Assembly: GCA_038207085.1 (NCBI GenBank)
Contig: JBBRAE010000006.1
Span: 88,184-152,183, forward strand
Direction of reading: 5' to 3'
DNA length: 64,000 nucleotides
Source of the DNA: Armatimonadota bacterium
GTDB lineage: Bacteria; Armatimonadota; UBA5829; DTLH01
The position numbers and the translations under genes are program-made. The notes under the pieces are model-generated. The model was not told where the DNA came from and searched no databases. It saw nothing but the letters and a program-made list of their open reading frames with translations. The stretch's first letter is position 1; every line of letters starts with the position of its first letter. This document shows, one piece after another, positions 49,677-60,139 of this stretch.

Positions 49677-51647
49677 ATGATATTTGGCGCAGATTATTAT
49701 CCCGAACACTGGCCCAAGGAACGCTGGCCGATCGACGCGAAGTTGATGCGTGAGGCCGGTATGAACACCGTCCGGCTGGCCGAGTTTGCCTGGGCTCAGT
49801 TGGAGCCCGCTGAGGGACAGTTCGACTTTACTTGGCTTGATGAGGCCATCGACGTGCTGGCTGCGGAGGGCATAAGTGTTGTCCTCGGAACGCCCACCGC
49901 GTCCTATCCCCCGTGGCTTGGGCAGCAGTATCCAAGCATCCGCCAGGTAAATCAGAGCAGGCAGGTTATCAACTACGGAGGCAGGGTCAACGCCTGCATC
50001 AACGCTCCAGACTTCTGGAAAGCAAGCGACCGGATCGTCCGGGCGATGGCTGAGCATTATGCAACTAACCCCAATGTCTACGGCTGGCAGCTCGACAATG
50101 AGTTTGGATCGCACTGCTACTGCGAGATCTGCCAAGTGTCGTTCCAAGAGTGGCTGGAGGCCAAACACGGATCGCTTGAGGCACTGAACGCGGCTTGGGG
50201 CACGGCTTTCTGGGGGCACATCTACTCAAGTTGGAGCCAGATTCCGCTTCCTTGGACACCTCCGGGCCACCACAATCCCGGGCTTGAGCTCGACTACCGC
50301 CGGTTTATGGCAGATAGTCTTACCGACTACGCGGAAATGCAGGCAGATATTATCCGCGAGCACACGGACAGGCCGATCACCCACAACTTTATGGGGTTCT
50401 GGCCGGAATCGTTTGACTACCGGGCAGTCGCCGAGACGCTCGACTGGGTAAGTTGGGACAACTATCCCATGTTTGGCGCCGGAGCCTCAGCTCCTGCACT
50501 TGGGATTGCCCACGACCTAACCCGTGGCCTTCTCCACAAGAACTTCTGGATGATGGAGCAACAGAGCGGTCCGGGAGGATGGGGAGTGCTGGGTCCCTCA
50601 CCGCGACCGGGGCAGGTGCGGCTGTACACTTATCAGTCTATCGCTCACGGTGCAGACGGTATGATCTATTTTCGCTGGAGGACCTGCCGAAGCGGCATAG
50701 AGCAGTACTGGCACGGTATACTCGACCATGACGGCAGCACCAACCGGCGCTATGAGGAGATAAAGGGCATCGGAGGCGAGGTTGCAAAGCTTTGGCCGCT
50801 GCTCAAGGAGACGAGAATCCACTCCGAGGCCGCGATCCTCAACGACTACACAAGTCGCTGGGTTTGGCAGTCGCAGAAGACTAACTCTGAGTTCAGCTAC
50901 CACGATGAAGCTCAGCTCTACTACAATTCTCTGTTTGGGCGCGGAGCCTCGGTGGACATTCCGCAGATGGGCGACGATCTTTCCAGCTACAAGCTTGTGA
51001 TCGTTCCGGCTATGTATATAGTCACCCCAGAGCGCGCGGCGCAGCTCAAGAAATATGTGGAGGACGGCGGCACGCTCGTGGTCACCTACAGGACAGCTGC
51101 CAAGACCGATACAGGCGTGATGATCAACGAGCCGCTTCCTGGCATGCTGCGCGACTTGTTCGGGGTTCGCGTCGCCGAGTATCACAGCCCTCACAAAGAT
51201 GAGCAGAACTTCATCAAGGGGGTAGGGAAGAACCTTCCGGAAGAAGCCTCGCGCGTGAAGGTGTTCCTCGACGTGTTGGAGCTTGAAGGAGCAGAGGTGC
51301 TGGCCGAATACACCCAGGGCTTCGCCGCAGGCCGACCTGCAATCACTATGAATTCCTGGGGCAAGGGGCTTGCGGTATATGTTGGAACGCACCCCGAGCA
51401 GGAGTTCGTGGACACGCTCATCGAGATGCTTGCCGAAAAGTCCGGTGTGGCAATCGGCCCCAAGCTTCCCAAGGACGTGGAAGTCGCCGTCCGCCGTTCG
51501 CCTGAGCGCGAACTCATCTTCGTGATGAACTACTCCGGTGAGCCCCAGAAGGTAACTCTTCCTGAGGGTGGCCGAAGCGTCATCGGCCCGGACGAGTCCG
51601 GTGAAATAGAGCTCGAACCCTATGGCGTCAGGGTGATCGAGCGATAA
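49677..51647 (+). CDS. beta-galactosidase, GH42
   Basis: GADYYPEHW, AEFAWAQLEP, WQLDNE, MMEQQ and YFRWR motifs. Confidence 0.95.
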   Translation: MIFGADYYPEHWPKERWPIDAKLMREAGMNTVRLAEFAWAQLEPAEGQFDFTWLDEAIDVLAAEGISVVLGTPTASYPPWLGQQYPSIRQVNQSRQVINYGGRVNACINAPDFWKASDRIVRAMAEHYATNPNVYGWQLDNEFGSHCYCEICQVSFQEWLEAKHGSLEALNAAWGTAFWGHIYSSWSQIPLPWTPPGHHNPGLELDYRRFMADSLTDYAEMQADIIREHTDRPITHNFMGFWPESFDYRAVAETLDWVSWDNYPMFGAGASAPALGIAHDLTRGLLHKNFWMMEQQSGPGGWGVLGPSPRPGQVRLYTYQSIAHGADGMIYFRWRTCRSGIEQYWHGILDHDGSTNRRYEEIKGIGGEVAKLWPLLKETRIHSEAAILNDYTSRWVWQSQKTNSEFSYHDEAQLYYNSLFGRGASVDIPQMGDDLSSYKLVIVPAMYIVTPERAAQLKKYVEDGGTLVVTYRTAAKTDTGVMINEPLPGMLRDLFGVRVAEYHSPHKDEQNFIKGVGKNLPEEASRVKVFLDVLELEGAEVLAEYTQGFAAGRPAITMNSWGKGLAVYVGTHPEQEFVDTLIEMLAEKSGVAIGPKLPKDVEVAVRRSPERELIFVMNYSGEPQKVTLPEGGRSVIGPDESGEIELEPYGVRVIER

Positions 51648-51653
51648 TACGTC

Positions 51654-51683
51654 AGCAGGCCGGAGGAGACTCCGGCCTGCTTT
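51654..51683. terminator. terminator hairpin
   Basis: AGCAGGCCGGAG/CTCCGGCCTGCT stem followed by T. Confidence 0.75.
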
Positions 51684-51700
51684 CTATGACCAATGCCGAT

Positions 51701-52351
51701 TCACTCGAACCTGAACGTTCCGAACCCATATATGTTGTGGAACTCGCTGCGGGTATCCGGGCACCACTCCCAGTGGCTTATCTCGGGGCTTCTGTCGTGA
51801 TCCATTCTGTAAATATTGCCGCGCCATAACGTCCCTGAAGCCGGGGGCATGTTGCCCAGGCCAGTGAGCAGCGAAAAAGGTATATGGCACTCGCATGTCC
51901 ACCCCGCGACCTCGGCCATCGACACCTTGTCCCCGCCTCGCACAGTGGTAGCCCTTTGCACGCGGTCCGCTCCGGTGTAGTGCCACGGCAGCCATCCCCT
52001 GTATGTTCCGTGGTTGTTGTTGACCATAAGCACGAGTTCGTGGTTGAGCGGGGATATCTCATACTCGAAATAGACGGGATGAGCCTCGTCTGGCCACAAG
52101 AATATCTCCACAACGTCCTCGGTCCAGAGGTCGAGTTGGTCCTCTGTGAATGAACACGTCAGGCGTTTGTCTTCGCAGTCGACGAGGAAGTACATCCCGG
52201 TCTCTGAGTAGAGCGTTTTTGCTCGGGTTTCATAAAGAAGCGTCCCGTCGCCCGTACGGGTCAGCTTCTGCCAGTCGGCTATGTCCCACGCTGCGTGAGT
52301 GCCGTCACCCGTAATCTCGAAATCTTTGACTTTAGGTATGAAGAGTTCCAA
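51701..52351 (-). CDS. carbohydrate-binding family 9-like protein
   Basis: LWTEDVVEIFL, YFEYEISPLN, WRGNIYRMD and FH..GFG motifs. Confidence 0.85.
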   Translation of the reverse strand: MELFIPKVKDFEITGDGTHAAWDIADWQKLTRTGDGTLLYETRAKTLYSETGMYFLVDCEDKRLTCSFTEDQLDLWTEDVVEIFLWPDEAHPVYFEYEISPLNHELVLMVNNNHGTYRGWLPWHYTGADRVQRATTVRGGDKVSMAEVAGWTCECHIPFSLLTGLGNMPPASGTLWRGNIYRMDHDRSPEISHWEWCPDTRSEFHNIYGFGTFRFE

Positions 52352-52398
52352 CTCGATCTCCCTAGACGCTCATAACTTCATCATGCGCATAATTGTTA

Positions 52399-52451
52399 GG
52401 TGGCGATTTCCGAATCCCTAATGGCGTAATGCATGGCAATTGACCCACTAG
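52399..52451. repeat. double-hairpin repeat element, shortened copy 2
   Basis: GGTGGCGATTTCCGAATCCC...TGGCGTAATGCATGGCAATTGACCCACTAG. Confidence 0.75.
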
Positions 52452-52567
52452 CCATAGCTCAATTCGTGAAGCAAATAAAGCTCTCGCTAGCCTTTGAATG
52501 GCCGAAAAGCTTATAATGGAGCGTCAAATATGATTATACACCAGCGCGCAGGCAGCTGGATACACTT

Positions 52568-55500
52568 TTGTTGGAGGACATGTTATTGAGTTCTGATGAA
52601 CAGATGAATGCCGTGCTCCGTGCGTGGCGCGAAGGCGTGCGGGGCAAGGAACGGCGGGTTTTTCGGCTGGAGGAACGCATCGAGCTTAGGATGAATGCCA
52701 TCGAGCGCTGCATGTATACCATACGTATACAGCTTGACGACTGGGAGATTCGCCGGTTTCACTATCGAATGCCCGGTGATATCGATTTTATAGACCCGGA
52801 TTGGCAGCCGTTCAAGCTCGGTGACAGGTGGGGAGGCGAGGGCATCAGCGCCTACTTCCGAAAGAGCATTGCAGTCCCCAAGGAGTTCGACGGCAAGCCG
52901 ATCACGGTTCGTATGTTTCTTGGGGGAGACTCGCTCGTCAGCATAAACGGCGTCCCTCACCACGGCATGGACATCTTCAGAAACGAGTTCTTGCTCACTC
53001 CCAGCGCAAAAGCGGGCGAGGTATTTAATATTGATATCGAGTCCTACGTCTACTGGCATGGGCACGGTGGAGAACCCGACACGCACCCATTTGAAGTCTG
53101 TGAGATGGTCCACGTTGACCCGGATATCCATGGGGCATACTGGGACTTCCGGGCCGCTGCAAAGCTCTTCTCCCTGAATGACCTTGATGTGAGCATGCGG
53201 GCGTTTCTTGAGTCCACCGTCTGGAAAGCTCTCAAAGAAGTCCCTGTAGACGAGCCGGATATGTCAGTATTCAAAAGCAAGCTTAAAAGCGCGCAAGAGC
53301 AGTTGAGAGCCAACTTCTACGCATCTGAAAGGTTCAAAGACGAGGGGCTTATGCACATGGTCGGCCACTCCCACCTCGATCTCGTCTTCCTGTGGACCTA
53401 TGGCGAGTACATACGAAAAGTCGGGCGCACGCATGCGACGATGCTGCGTCTTATGGAACAGTATCCCGAGTTCAAGTTTGCCCAAAGCCAGGCGAAGATC
53501 TACGCCGACATGAAGGAGCACTATCCTGCGCTCTTCGAGCAGGTGAAAGAGCGCGTCAGGGAAGGCCGCTGGGAGCCATTAGGCGCCTTCTGGGTAGAGC
53601 CCGACTGCAACCTCGTATCAGGAGAGTCGTTCGTCAGGCAGATCATGCAGGGTCAGCAGTTCTGGCAGAAGGAGTTCGGGATGACCTCGCGCATCTGCTG
53701 GCAGCCCGACGTGTTCGGGGTCAGCTGGGCGCTTCCTCAGATCATGAAGCGAAGCGGCGTCGACTACTTTATGACCAACAAAATGTTTGTATGGAACGAC
53801 ACCAACCGTTGGACCAAGAGCACCTTCTGGTGGGAAGGCCCGGACGGCTCCCGAGTGCTATGCGCCGTGCCCCCGGGCCACTTCATAGGCACAGTAGACC
53901 CCGACCAGATGGCCGACCAGTGGGACAGTTTTACAGACAAAGTAACGATCGGTGAGAGCCTGTACTGCTACGGTTGGGGAGACGGTGGGGGTGGGGTAGA
54001 CCCCGAGATGCTGGAGTGCGCCCGCAGATACCCACATGCGCCGGGACTGGTCAAGACCGTTATGACGACGGCGCTTGAGGCGTTTGAAAGCATCGAACGA
54101 AAAGCCAAAGAGAACCAGATGCCGGTCGTGAACGACGAGCTCTATCTCGAAGCACATCGAGGCACGTTCACCAGTCGGGGACGTCTGAAGAAGATCAATA
54201 GACAGGGCGAGTTCCTGCTTCGTGAGACCGAGATGGTGTCGGCCCTGGCCTGGATGGACGGGTTTGCCTATCCGCAGGAGAAGCTTACGGAAGTGTGGCA
54301 GGAGTTTTTGACAAACCAGTTCCACGACGCACTCCCGGGTACGCACATCCCGCAGGTCTATATAGACCTGCTCGCAAGCTACGACAGCATATTCGGGCAG
54401 CTCGGCGAACTGAGAAACGCCGCCACGCGGGAGATTCTCGGCACTGGCGGCGCGGCGCAGTCGCTCGTAGCCTTCAACTCGTTCCTGCACACCCGCCATG
54501 ACTTGCTTTCGATACCATTTGAGCAGATAGGCAGCCGGTCGCTCTTGGACCAGTCCGGTCGGCGTCTTGTTTCCCAGGAGGTGACGGCGCTTGACGGAAC
54601 CAAGTTCGTGCTCGCCGAGAACCCCGGAGTCCCACCCGTTGGAAGCTGCAGCCTGAGTCTCGACGATCAGCCAGAGTCGGCGACCGAGTCTGGCGTCAAA
54701 GTGGGCAACAACCAGCTGGAGAACGAGTACCTCCGCGCGCGGTTCAGCAAGAACGGCGAGCTCATCTCACTGTGGGACAAGGAGTCCGGTCGCGAGGTCA
54801 TAGCTGAAGGCAGCCGCGCGAACGTCTTTCAGATGTACCAGGACACCCCCGGCAGATACGACGCTTGGGACATTGTCGCCTCCTACATGGAGCATGAGAT
54901 CGAGCTTGGGGAAGAGGGTAGCTTGACTATCGATGAAGAGGGGCCGCTTCGCGCATCGCTTTTGCTTGAACGCCCGCTTCGCCGCTCAAAGCTCACCCAG
55001 CGCATCAGCCTTGAGGCAGGCTCCAGGTGTCTTAAGTTCGAAACCAAGATCGATTGGGTCGAGCGTCAGACACTGCTGAAAGTCGCCTTCCCGGTGGAGA
55101 TCAGGACCCGCGAGGCGACATACGACATGCCCTACGGCAATATCACCCGGCCAACCCACCGCAACACCTCATTCGATGAGGCAAGGTTCGAGGTGCCCGC
55201 GCACAAGTGGATGGATATCTCAGAGGAAGGCTACGGCGTCTCGGTCATAAACGACTGCAAATATGGCCACGAGGTCAACGCAAATGTGATGCGTCTCACG
55301 CTTCTAAAAGGCCCGATCTTCCCCGATGCCCAGTCGGACGTGGAGGATCACTTCTTTACGTATTGCCTGTATCCTCATCAGGGTGACTGGAAGGACGCCG
55401 GGACTGAGCAGGTGGCGCTTGATCTCAATCAGCCGTGCATGATATCGGCGACGGACAAACCCACGGAGCCCGCAAGGTCGTGGATGTCGGCGAGCAGTGA

Positions 55501-55738
55501 TCACGTCACGCTTGAGGCGCTGAAGTGCTCCGAGGACGGGGAGAACGTCATCGTGCGCCTTGCCGAGCGGTATGGCTCGCGCGAGCCGGTCGAGCTTGTG
55601 TTCGACCGCCCGATCAAAGAGGCTTGGAAGTGCAACCTGATGGAGACCCCTGAGCAGGAGATAGCTGTGCAGGGAAGCAAAGTCAGCCTTGGAATCAAGC
55701 CGTTCGAGGTGGTGACGATTCGCCTGCAGCCTGAGTAG
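52568..55738 (+). CDS. alpha-mannosidase, GH38
   Basis: GHSHLD...LW, W.PDVFG, G.GDGGGG, ELYLEAHRG and NQFHDALPG motifs; true start probably downstream of 52568. Confidence 0.94.
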   Translation: MLEDMLLSSDEQMNAVLRAWREGVRGKERRVFRLEERIELRMNAIERCMYTIRIQLDDWEIRRFHYRMPGDIDFIDPDWQPFKLGDRWGGEGISAYFRKSIAVPKEFDGKPITVRMFLGGDSLVSINGVPHHGMDIFRNEFLLTPSAKAGEVFNIDIESYVYWHGHGGEPDTHPFEVCEMVHVDPDIHGAYWDFRAAAKLFSLNDLDVSMRAFLESTVWKALKEVPVDEPDMSVFKSKLKSAQEQLRANFYASERFKDEGLMHMVGHSHLDLVFLWTYGEYIRKVGRTHATMLRLMEQYPEFKFAQSQAKIYADMKEHYPALFEQVKERVREGRWEPLGAFWVEPDCNLVSGESFVRQIMQGQQFWQKEFGMTSRICWQPDVFGVSWALPQIMKRSGVDYFMTNKMFVWNDTNRWTKSTFWWEGPDGSRVLCAVPPGHFIGTVDPDQMADQWDSFTDKVTIGESLYCYGWGDGGGGVDPEMLECARRYPHAPGLVKTVMTTALEAFESIERKAKENQMPVVNDELYLEAHRGTFTSRGRLKKINRQGEFLLRETEMVSALAWMDGFAYPQEKLTEVWQEFLTNQFHDALPGTHIPQVYIDLLASYDSIFGQLGELRNAATREILGTGGAAQSLVAFNSFLHTRHDLLSIPFEQIGSRSLLDQSGRRLVSQEVTALDGTKFVLAENPGVPPVGSCSLSLDDQPESATESGVKVGNNQLENEYLRARFSKNGELISLWDKESGREVIAEGSRANVFQMYQDTPGRYDAWDIVASYMEHEIELGEEGSLTIDEEGPLRASLLLERPLRRSKLTQRISLEAGSRCLKFETKIDWVERQTLLKVAFPVEIRTREATYDMPYGNITRPTHRNTSFDEARFEVPAHKWMDISEEGYGVSVINDCKYGHEVNANVMRLTLLKGPIFPDAQSDVEDHFFTYCLYPHQGDWKDAGTEQVALDLNQPCMISATDKPTEPARSWMSASSDHVTLEALKCSEDGENVIVRLAERYGSREPVELVFDRPIKEAWKCNLMETPEQEIAVQGSKVSLGIKPFEVVTIRLQPE

Positions 55739-55773
55739 TCAGGCGAATCGCAAACTGCAAAAGTGCCAAAGTC

Positions 55774-55810
55774 AACAAAGCCCCCGGGTTCAGAACCCGG
55801 GGGCTTTGTT
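55774..55810. terminator. perfect 18-bp inverted repeat, probable terminator
   Basis: AACAAAGCCCCCGGGTTC-a-GAACCCGGGGGCTTTGTT. Confidence 0.8.
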
Positions 55811-55927
55811 CATGCTTCTTGGTACGGTCCACTCTCGGGTCTGGTAGAACAGAAAAGTGCGCAAAAAATAATCTCCTGATTCGCTCACAGGTAAGCTCCA
55901 TTCAGGCATTTAGATGCGTTAGCCCTT
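55811..55927 (-). mobile_element. ISAs1-family insertion sequence remnant (left end)
   Basis: encodes HFSVLPDPRVDRTKKH, like the ISAs1 transposase N-terminus; preceded by AGGGCTAACGCATCTAAA, resembling an ISAs1 terminal repeat. Confidence 0.75.
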
Positions 55928-55979
55928 TGGGTACAGGGGTTCAGCGTGCGATTATTGGATATAACCTGCTACAATATAT

Positions 55980-57131
55980 GTGAGGAGCCAATCGACTATG
56001 CTGCCGTTTCATCTGATGATCAAGCCTGCTGGACCTAAGTGTAACCTGGACTGCAAATATTGCTACTACACTGGCAAGGTCGAATACTATCCCGAAAGCG
56101 CCTGCAGGATGGACCTTGAGACGCTCGAACGCGTTACTGAGGCGTATATCGTCAATAACCCATCGACTGAGGTTGTCTTTGGATGGCAGGGAGGGGAGCC
56201 GCTCTTGATGGGGGTCGATTTCTTCAGGCGGGCGGTCGAGCTTCAGAAGAAGTATCTCAGGCCGGGGCAGTCGGCATCAAACGCTATGCAGACCAATGCT
56301 ACTTTGATCGATGACCAGTGGGCCGAGTTCTATAGAGAGAACAACTTCCTGCTCGGCGTCAGCATCGACGGGCCACCTGATCTGCACAACGCCTACAGGG
56401 TGGACAGACTGGGGAAGAACACGCACACCAAGGTGGTCAAAGGCATCGAAACGCTGAAGCGCCACGGTGTGGAGCATAACGCGCTTGTTACGGTGAACCG
56501 GGCGAACTCGCGTCGGCCTCAGAAGGTGTACAACTACCTGAAAGGCCTCGGAATCGAGCACATGCAGTTTATCCCCATCGTCGAGACTACGGAGTTGGGC
56601 GGCAGAGAGATCACCGAGTGGAGCGTCAAGCCCGAAGCGTTCGGCGAGTTCCTGTGCGCGGTCTTTGATGAGTGGGGGTCGGACGATATCGGTCGGATAT
56701 TCGTGCAGATGTTCGAGTGCGCGCTTGGGGTGCTTGTGATGGGCTGGCCTTCGGTCTGCGTGTTTCAGAAAACCTGTGGGCGCGCTCTTGTCGTCGAACA
56801 CAATGGCGACCTCTATGCCTGCGACCACTACGTCTATCCGAGCGAGCTGAGGGGCAGGATCGAAAGTGTCGAGGGCCTCGCAGAGATGATCGACGGGCCA
56901 GATCAGCACACGTTTGGAGCGGCCAAAGCGGACGTGTCAGGCGATTGTCGGGAGTGCCGATGGCTCGCCTACTGCGGCGGCGATTGCCCTAAACACCGGG
57001 TGGCGTTCGCCTCCGACGGAAAGCCGATAAGCTACCTTTGCCCGTCGTATAAACGCTTCTTCTCGCATATCAACCCCGAACTCCAAAGGATTGCCGCACA
57101 GCTCAGATTGTCTAACTCTCGCGGGGTGTGA
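55980..57131 (+). CDS. anaerobic sulfatase maturase (radical SAM, SPASM)
   Basis: KP.G..CNLDCKYCYY, WQGGEP, GVSIDGP, YACDHYV and C.GDCPKHR motifs. Confidence 0.93.
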   Translation: MRSQSTMLPFHLMIKPAGPKCNLDCKYCYYTGKVEYYPESACRMDLETLERVTEAYIVNNPSTEVVFGWQGGEPLLMGVDFFRRAVELQKKYLRPGQSASNAMQTNATLIDDQWAEFYRENNFLLGVSIDGPPDLHNAYRVDRLGKNTHTKVVKGIETLKRHGVEHNALVTVNRANSRRPQKVYNYLKGLGIEHMQFIPIVETTELGGREITEWSVKPEAFGEFLCAVFDEWGSDDIGRIFVQMFECALGVLVMGWPSVCVFQKTCGRALVVEHNGDLYACDHYVYPSELRGRIESVEGLAEMIDGPDQHTFGAAKADVSGDCRECRWLAYCGGDCPKHRVAFASDGKPISYLCPSYKRFFSHINPELQRIAAQLRLSNSRGV

Positions 57132-57382
57132 CAGGGGGCGCAGAGTAATAGCCCTGCGTGAAACTTGGCACAGTCGTTAAGTCGGTGAAGCTGGCACGGC
57201 GCAATTATGGCGAAAATCGGCCTATGACGGCGGTCAGGCCAAGTATACTTAAATATGTCTGTTTTTGCTTGAATAATGCCTGAAAACCGTGTATTCTGAA
57301 TCAACCACGCTTGCTTGCTTCTGGGTATATGTATCCATATCACTCTCCCCAGCAGCAGCATTGTGCTTGATGGAGTAATAAG

Positions 57383-58033
57383 TTGGCTATCAGGATTGTT
57401 GTTGCGGCGAGTCATCAACTGGTTCGACAGGGCGTAGGCTCTCTGTTTGGCACACAGCAGGACGTTCAGATCGTCGGTGAGGCTAAGAACGGGGCCGAAG
57501 CCGTGGAGCTTGTTCGGGAACTCCGCCCGGATGTCGTGCTGCTCGATACTGACTTGCCTGTGATGAACGGCTTTGAGGCCACTCGCAACATCCATGCGAT
57601 GCATCCCGAGGTCAAGGTGATAGGTCTTTCGTCGCATACTGCTGAAAGGCACGTGATTGAGATGCTGAAGGCGGGGGCCAGCGGCTACGTCACCCTGAAC
57701 AACAGCTTTGCTGAGCTTGTCGAGGCGATCAAGCAGGTCCAGTCCGGGCATATGCACCTCAGCTCATCGATTGTTGGCTCTGTCATTCGGCAGTTGTGCG
57801 ATGGTGACGCAAACCTCCAGGAGGTCTCGACTCACGCGCTTACGGGCCGCGAAAAAGAGGTGCTCCAGCTGATTGCCGAGGGCAAACGCACCAAAGATAT
57901 CGCCCTGTTTTTGCATGTAAGTGACAACACCGTCATCCGCCATCGCCAAAATATCGGCCTCAAGCTCGGTCTTCATACCACCGCCGAGCTTACCCGCTAT
58001 GCGATCCGAGAGGGTCTGACCTCATTGGACTAA
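57383..58033 (+). CDS. NarL-family response regulator
   Basis: receiver domain plus LTGREKEVLQLIAEG...HRQNI..KL HTH. Confidence 0.92.
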   Translation: MAIRIVVAASHQLVRQGVGSLFGTQQDVQIVGEAKNGAEAVELVRELRPDVVLLDTDLPVMNGFEATRNIHAMHPEVKVIGLSSHTAERHVIEMLKAGASGYVTLNNSFAELVEAIKQVQSGHMHLSSSIVGSVIRQLCDGDANLQEVSTHALTGREKEVLQLIAEGKRTKDIALFLHVSDNTVIRHRQNIGLKLGLHTTAELTRYAIREGLTSLD

Positions 58034-58243
58034 CCCCTGTCAGTCGCCCATAACACCCCTGATGACACCATTATCACGCTCGCACTGGCATTACCTGTCA
58101 ATTGTGCGGGTGAACGACCCTCACCCCGCTCACCCGTGTGCATAGCATCGTTACCTCACTCGATATCCCAACATATTGCCATAACACTCGAAGCGCCTTG
58201 TGTCGACAATCCTGAATGAAGTACGGGGAAACGCCGTCATTAT

Positions 58244-60139
58244 ATGCGCTTTGCATTGACAATAGTGATGGGGTTAAAGATGTATTTCAAGAGCTTATCG
58301 CGTGAGGTCGTATCATCTGACATGGAAGTCTTGACTACGGTTGGACAGTCTATATCTATATCGGAACTTCTTTCGGCGCTTTCAGCGCTGACGGAGGCGC
58401 TTGAGTCGATCAACCAGGGTGTTGAGCCCAGGTTCATAGAGGTTGGCGAGAGTCTTCAAAGCGTCTACTCGCAGGCCGCGGGACTTGAGCGCGAGGTGGC
58501 AGGTGTTGCCAGCACCATCAACCGGGACAACAGCGCCAGTTTTCTGTGTGTTACCGGGGACCTCGCGGCCAGGTCGGTTTCGACCCTCCAAACGAACCAG
58601 GAAGAGATCGCAGACCGGCTCGCCAACGTCGGGACGATCGCAGCCGAGCTTCGAGAGCTGAGAAGCCATAGCACCGTGCTCGAGCGAATCGCAAGGCAGC
58701 TTAGAGTAGTCAGCGTGCAGTTTGCAGTGGAAGTATCCCGAACATGCGACTCGACTACCTCGTTTACAGCCTTCACAAAAGAACTCCGCAGGCTGGCCGA
58801 CAACGTCTCCGAGCTGTCAGAAAGCATCGCAGATGACTCATCGGCAAGCGAAAAGAGACAGCGGGCGGCGTACACACTGCTTACCGACGGTTGGGCTAAG
58901 CTGAACAGACTTACATCCGAGGCCGAGCGCGCGCTTCGAGCGGCGATCGAGAACATCGACCGGATGTGTGGAATGTCGGTGAAAGCGCTCGACAGCATCG
59001 CCGGGCACTCGGGGGTGGTCTCCAAGTGCATAAGCAGCATGGTGACCTCCATTCAGTTTCACGACATCACCCGTCAGCAGGTGGAGCATATCGTTCAGGC
59101 AGTCCGGGACGTGGAAGCGGAATGCAAAGATGGCCAGGACGAAGCGCAGTCTGACCTGGTGCTTGGCCGGACCCACACTATGCTCAGACTCCAGCGCGCG
59201 CAGCTAGAGCACGTGATCTCGATGATCAGGGACGCTCACGACTCTCTTGAGTCCTCGTTCAACCAAGTCGGGCGCGAGTCGACGGACATCGCTTCGAGCC
59301 TTTCGCAGCTTGCTCGTGGAGAGCAGGATTCAAGCGTCGATAACGACACCTTTGAAGGCCTCAGGCGGACGCTGAAGTCGCTCTTGTCGCTTCTTGGGAG
59401 CGGTCGAGATCTCGGTGTGCAGACCGGGAACGTGGCATTGCAGGCCGCTGAAACCTCAGCGCAGCTTTCATTATATCTGGCGAAGGTCAGGACTATCAAC
59501 TACGATTTGAAACTCAAGGCACTAAACGCCATAGTGAAGTCGATCAGTCTGGATGAGCAGGGCAGATCGCTTTCGGTGCTGGCGGGAGAGGTAATGAGGC
59601 TATCAAAGGACTGCGATGATCACGTTGTGAGCATGGTGCAGGGCATAGAGTCGATTCTGGGGCTCTCGGAGGGAAGCCGGTCAGGGCAGATCTCCGAAAG
59701 CGGCGAAGAGGACCCGGCGGGTGCTCTAGCCTCAGGGATCGACGACATGGACCAGTGCTATGCGGGACTGGTGCAGTCTTCTAAAACGGCCCGGGGACGG
59801 GCAGAGGACATGGGGGAGACGATCGAGCAGATAGAGCAGGGGCTTGTGTTCCTGCTGGAGCTGATTGAAGACCTCTCGGGGTGCACCAGCGAGTTCGACA
59901 CGGTTATCGAGATGCTTGAGCCCTGGGCACGCACAGGAGCAGACGCGGCTGGTGACCTTGCCGGCCGACACGCGCAGAGATACACGATGGACAAAGAGCG
60001 GGAGATTCATCTCACCGCCCTTGGCCTATTTCCTGAGGAGGTAGACTCGATGGACGAGCAATCTACCGGCCGGGATGACACCTTGCCTGGGGCAGAGGCA
60101 AACGATTCTGAGTTCGGAGACAACATTGAACTCTTCTGA
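58244..60139 (+). CDS. soluble MCP-like chemotaxis protein
   Basis: no TM; ALNA.VKS...EQGR.L.VLA.EV hairpin-like motif, IQFHDITRQQVEH, C-terminal GDNIELF; start uncertain. Confidence 0.78.
   Translation: MRFALTIVMGLKMYFKSLSREVVSSDMEVLTTVGQSISISELLSALSALTEALESINQGVEPRFIEVGESLQSVYSQAAGLEREVAGVASTINRDNSASFLCVTGDLAARSVSTLQTNQEEIADRLANVGTIAAELRELRSHSTVLERIARQLRVVSVQFAVEVSRTCDSTTSFTAFTKELRRLADNVSELSESIADDSSASEKRQRAAYTLLTDGWAKLNRLTSEAERALRAAIENIDRMCGMSVKALDSIAGHSGVVSKCISSMVTSIQFHDITRQQVEHIVQAVRDVEAECKDGQDEAQSDLVLGRTHTMLRLQRAQLEHVISMIRDAHDSLESSFNQVGRESTDIASSLSQLARGEQDSSVDNDTFEGLRRTLKSLLSLLGSGRDLGVQTGNVALQAAETSAQLSLYLAKVRTINYDLKLKALNAIVKSISLDEQGRSLSVLAGEVMRLSKDCDDHVVSMVQGIESILGLSEGSRSGQISESGEEDPAGALASGIDDMDQCYAGLVQSSKTARGRAEDMGETIEQIEQGLVFLLELIEDLSGCTSEFDTVIEMLEPWARTGADAAGDLAGRHAQRYTMDKEREIHLTALGLFPEEVDSMDEQSTGRDDTLPGAEANDSEFGDNIELF

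Noticed and set aside
57190..57210. CTGGCACGG as a third sigma-54 site
   Set aside because: The -12 TTGC element is missing at the required position.
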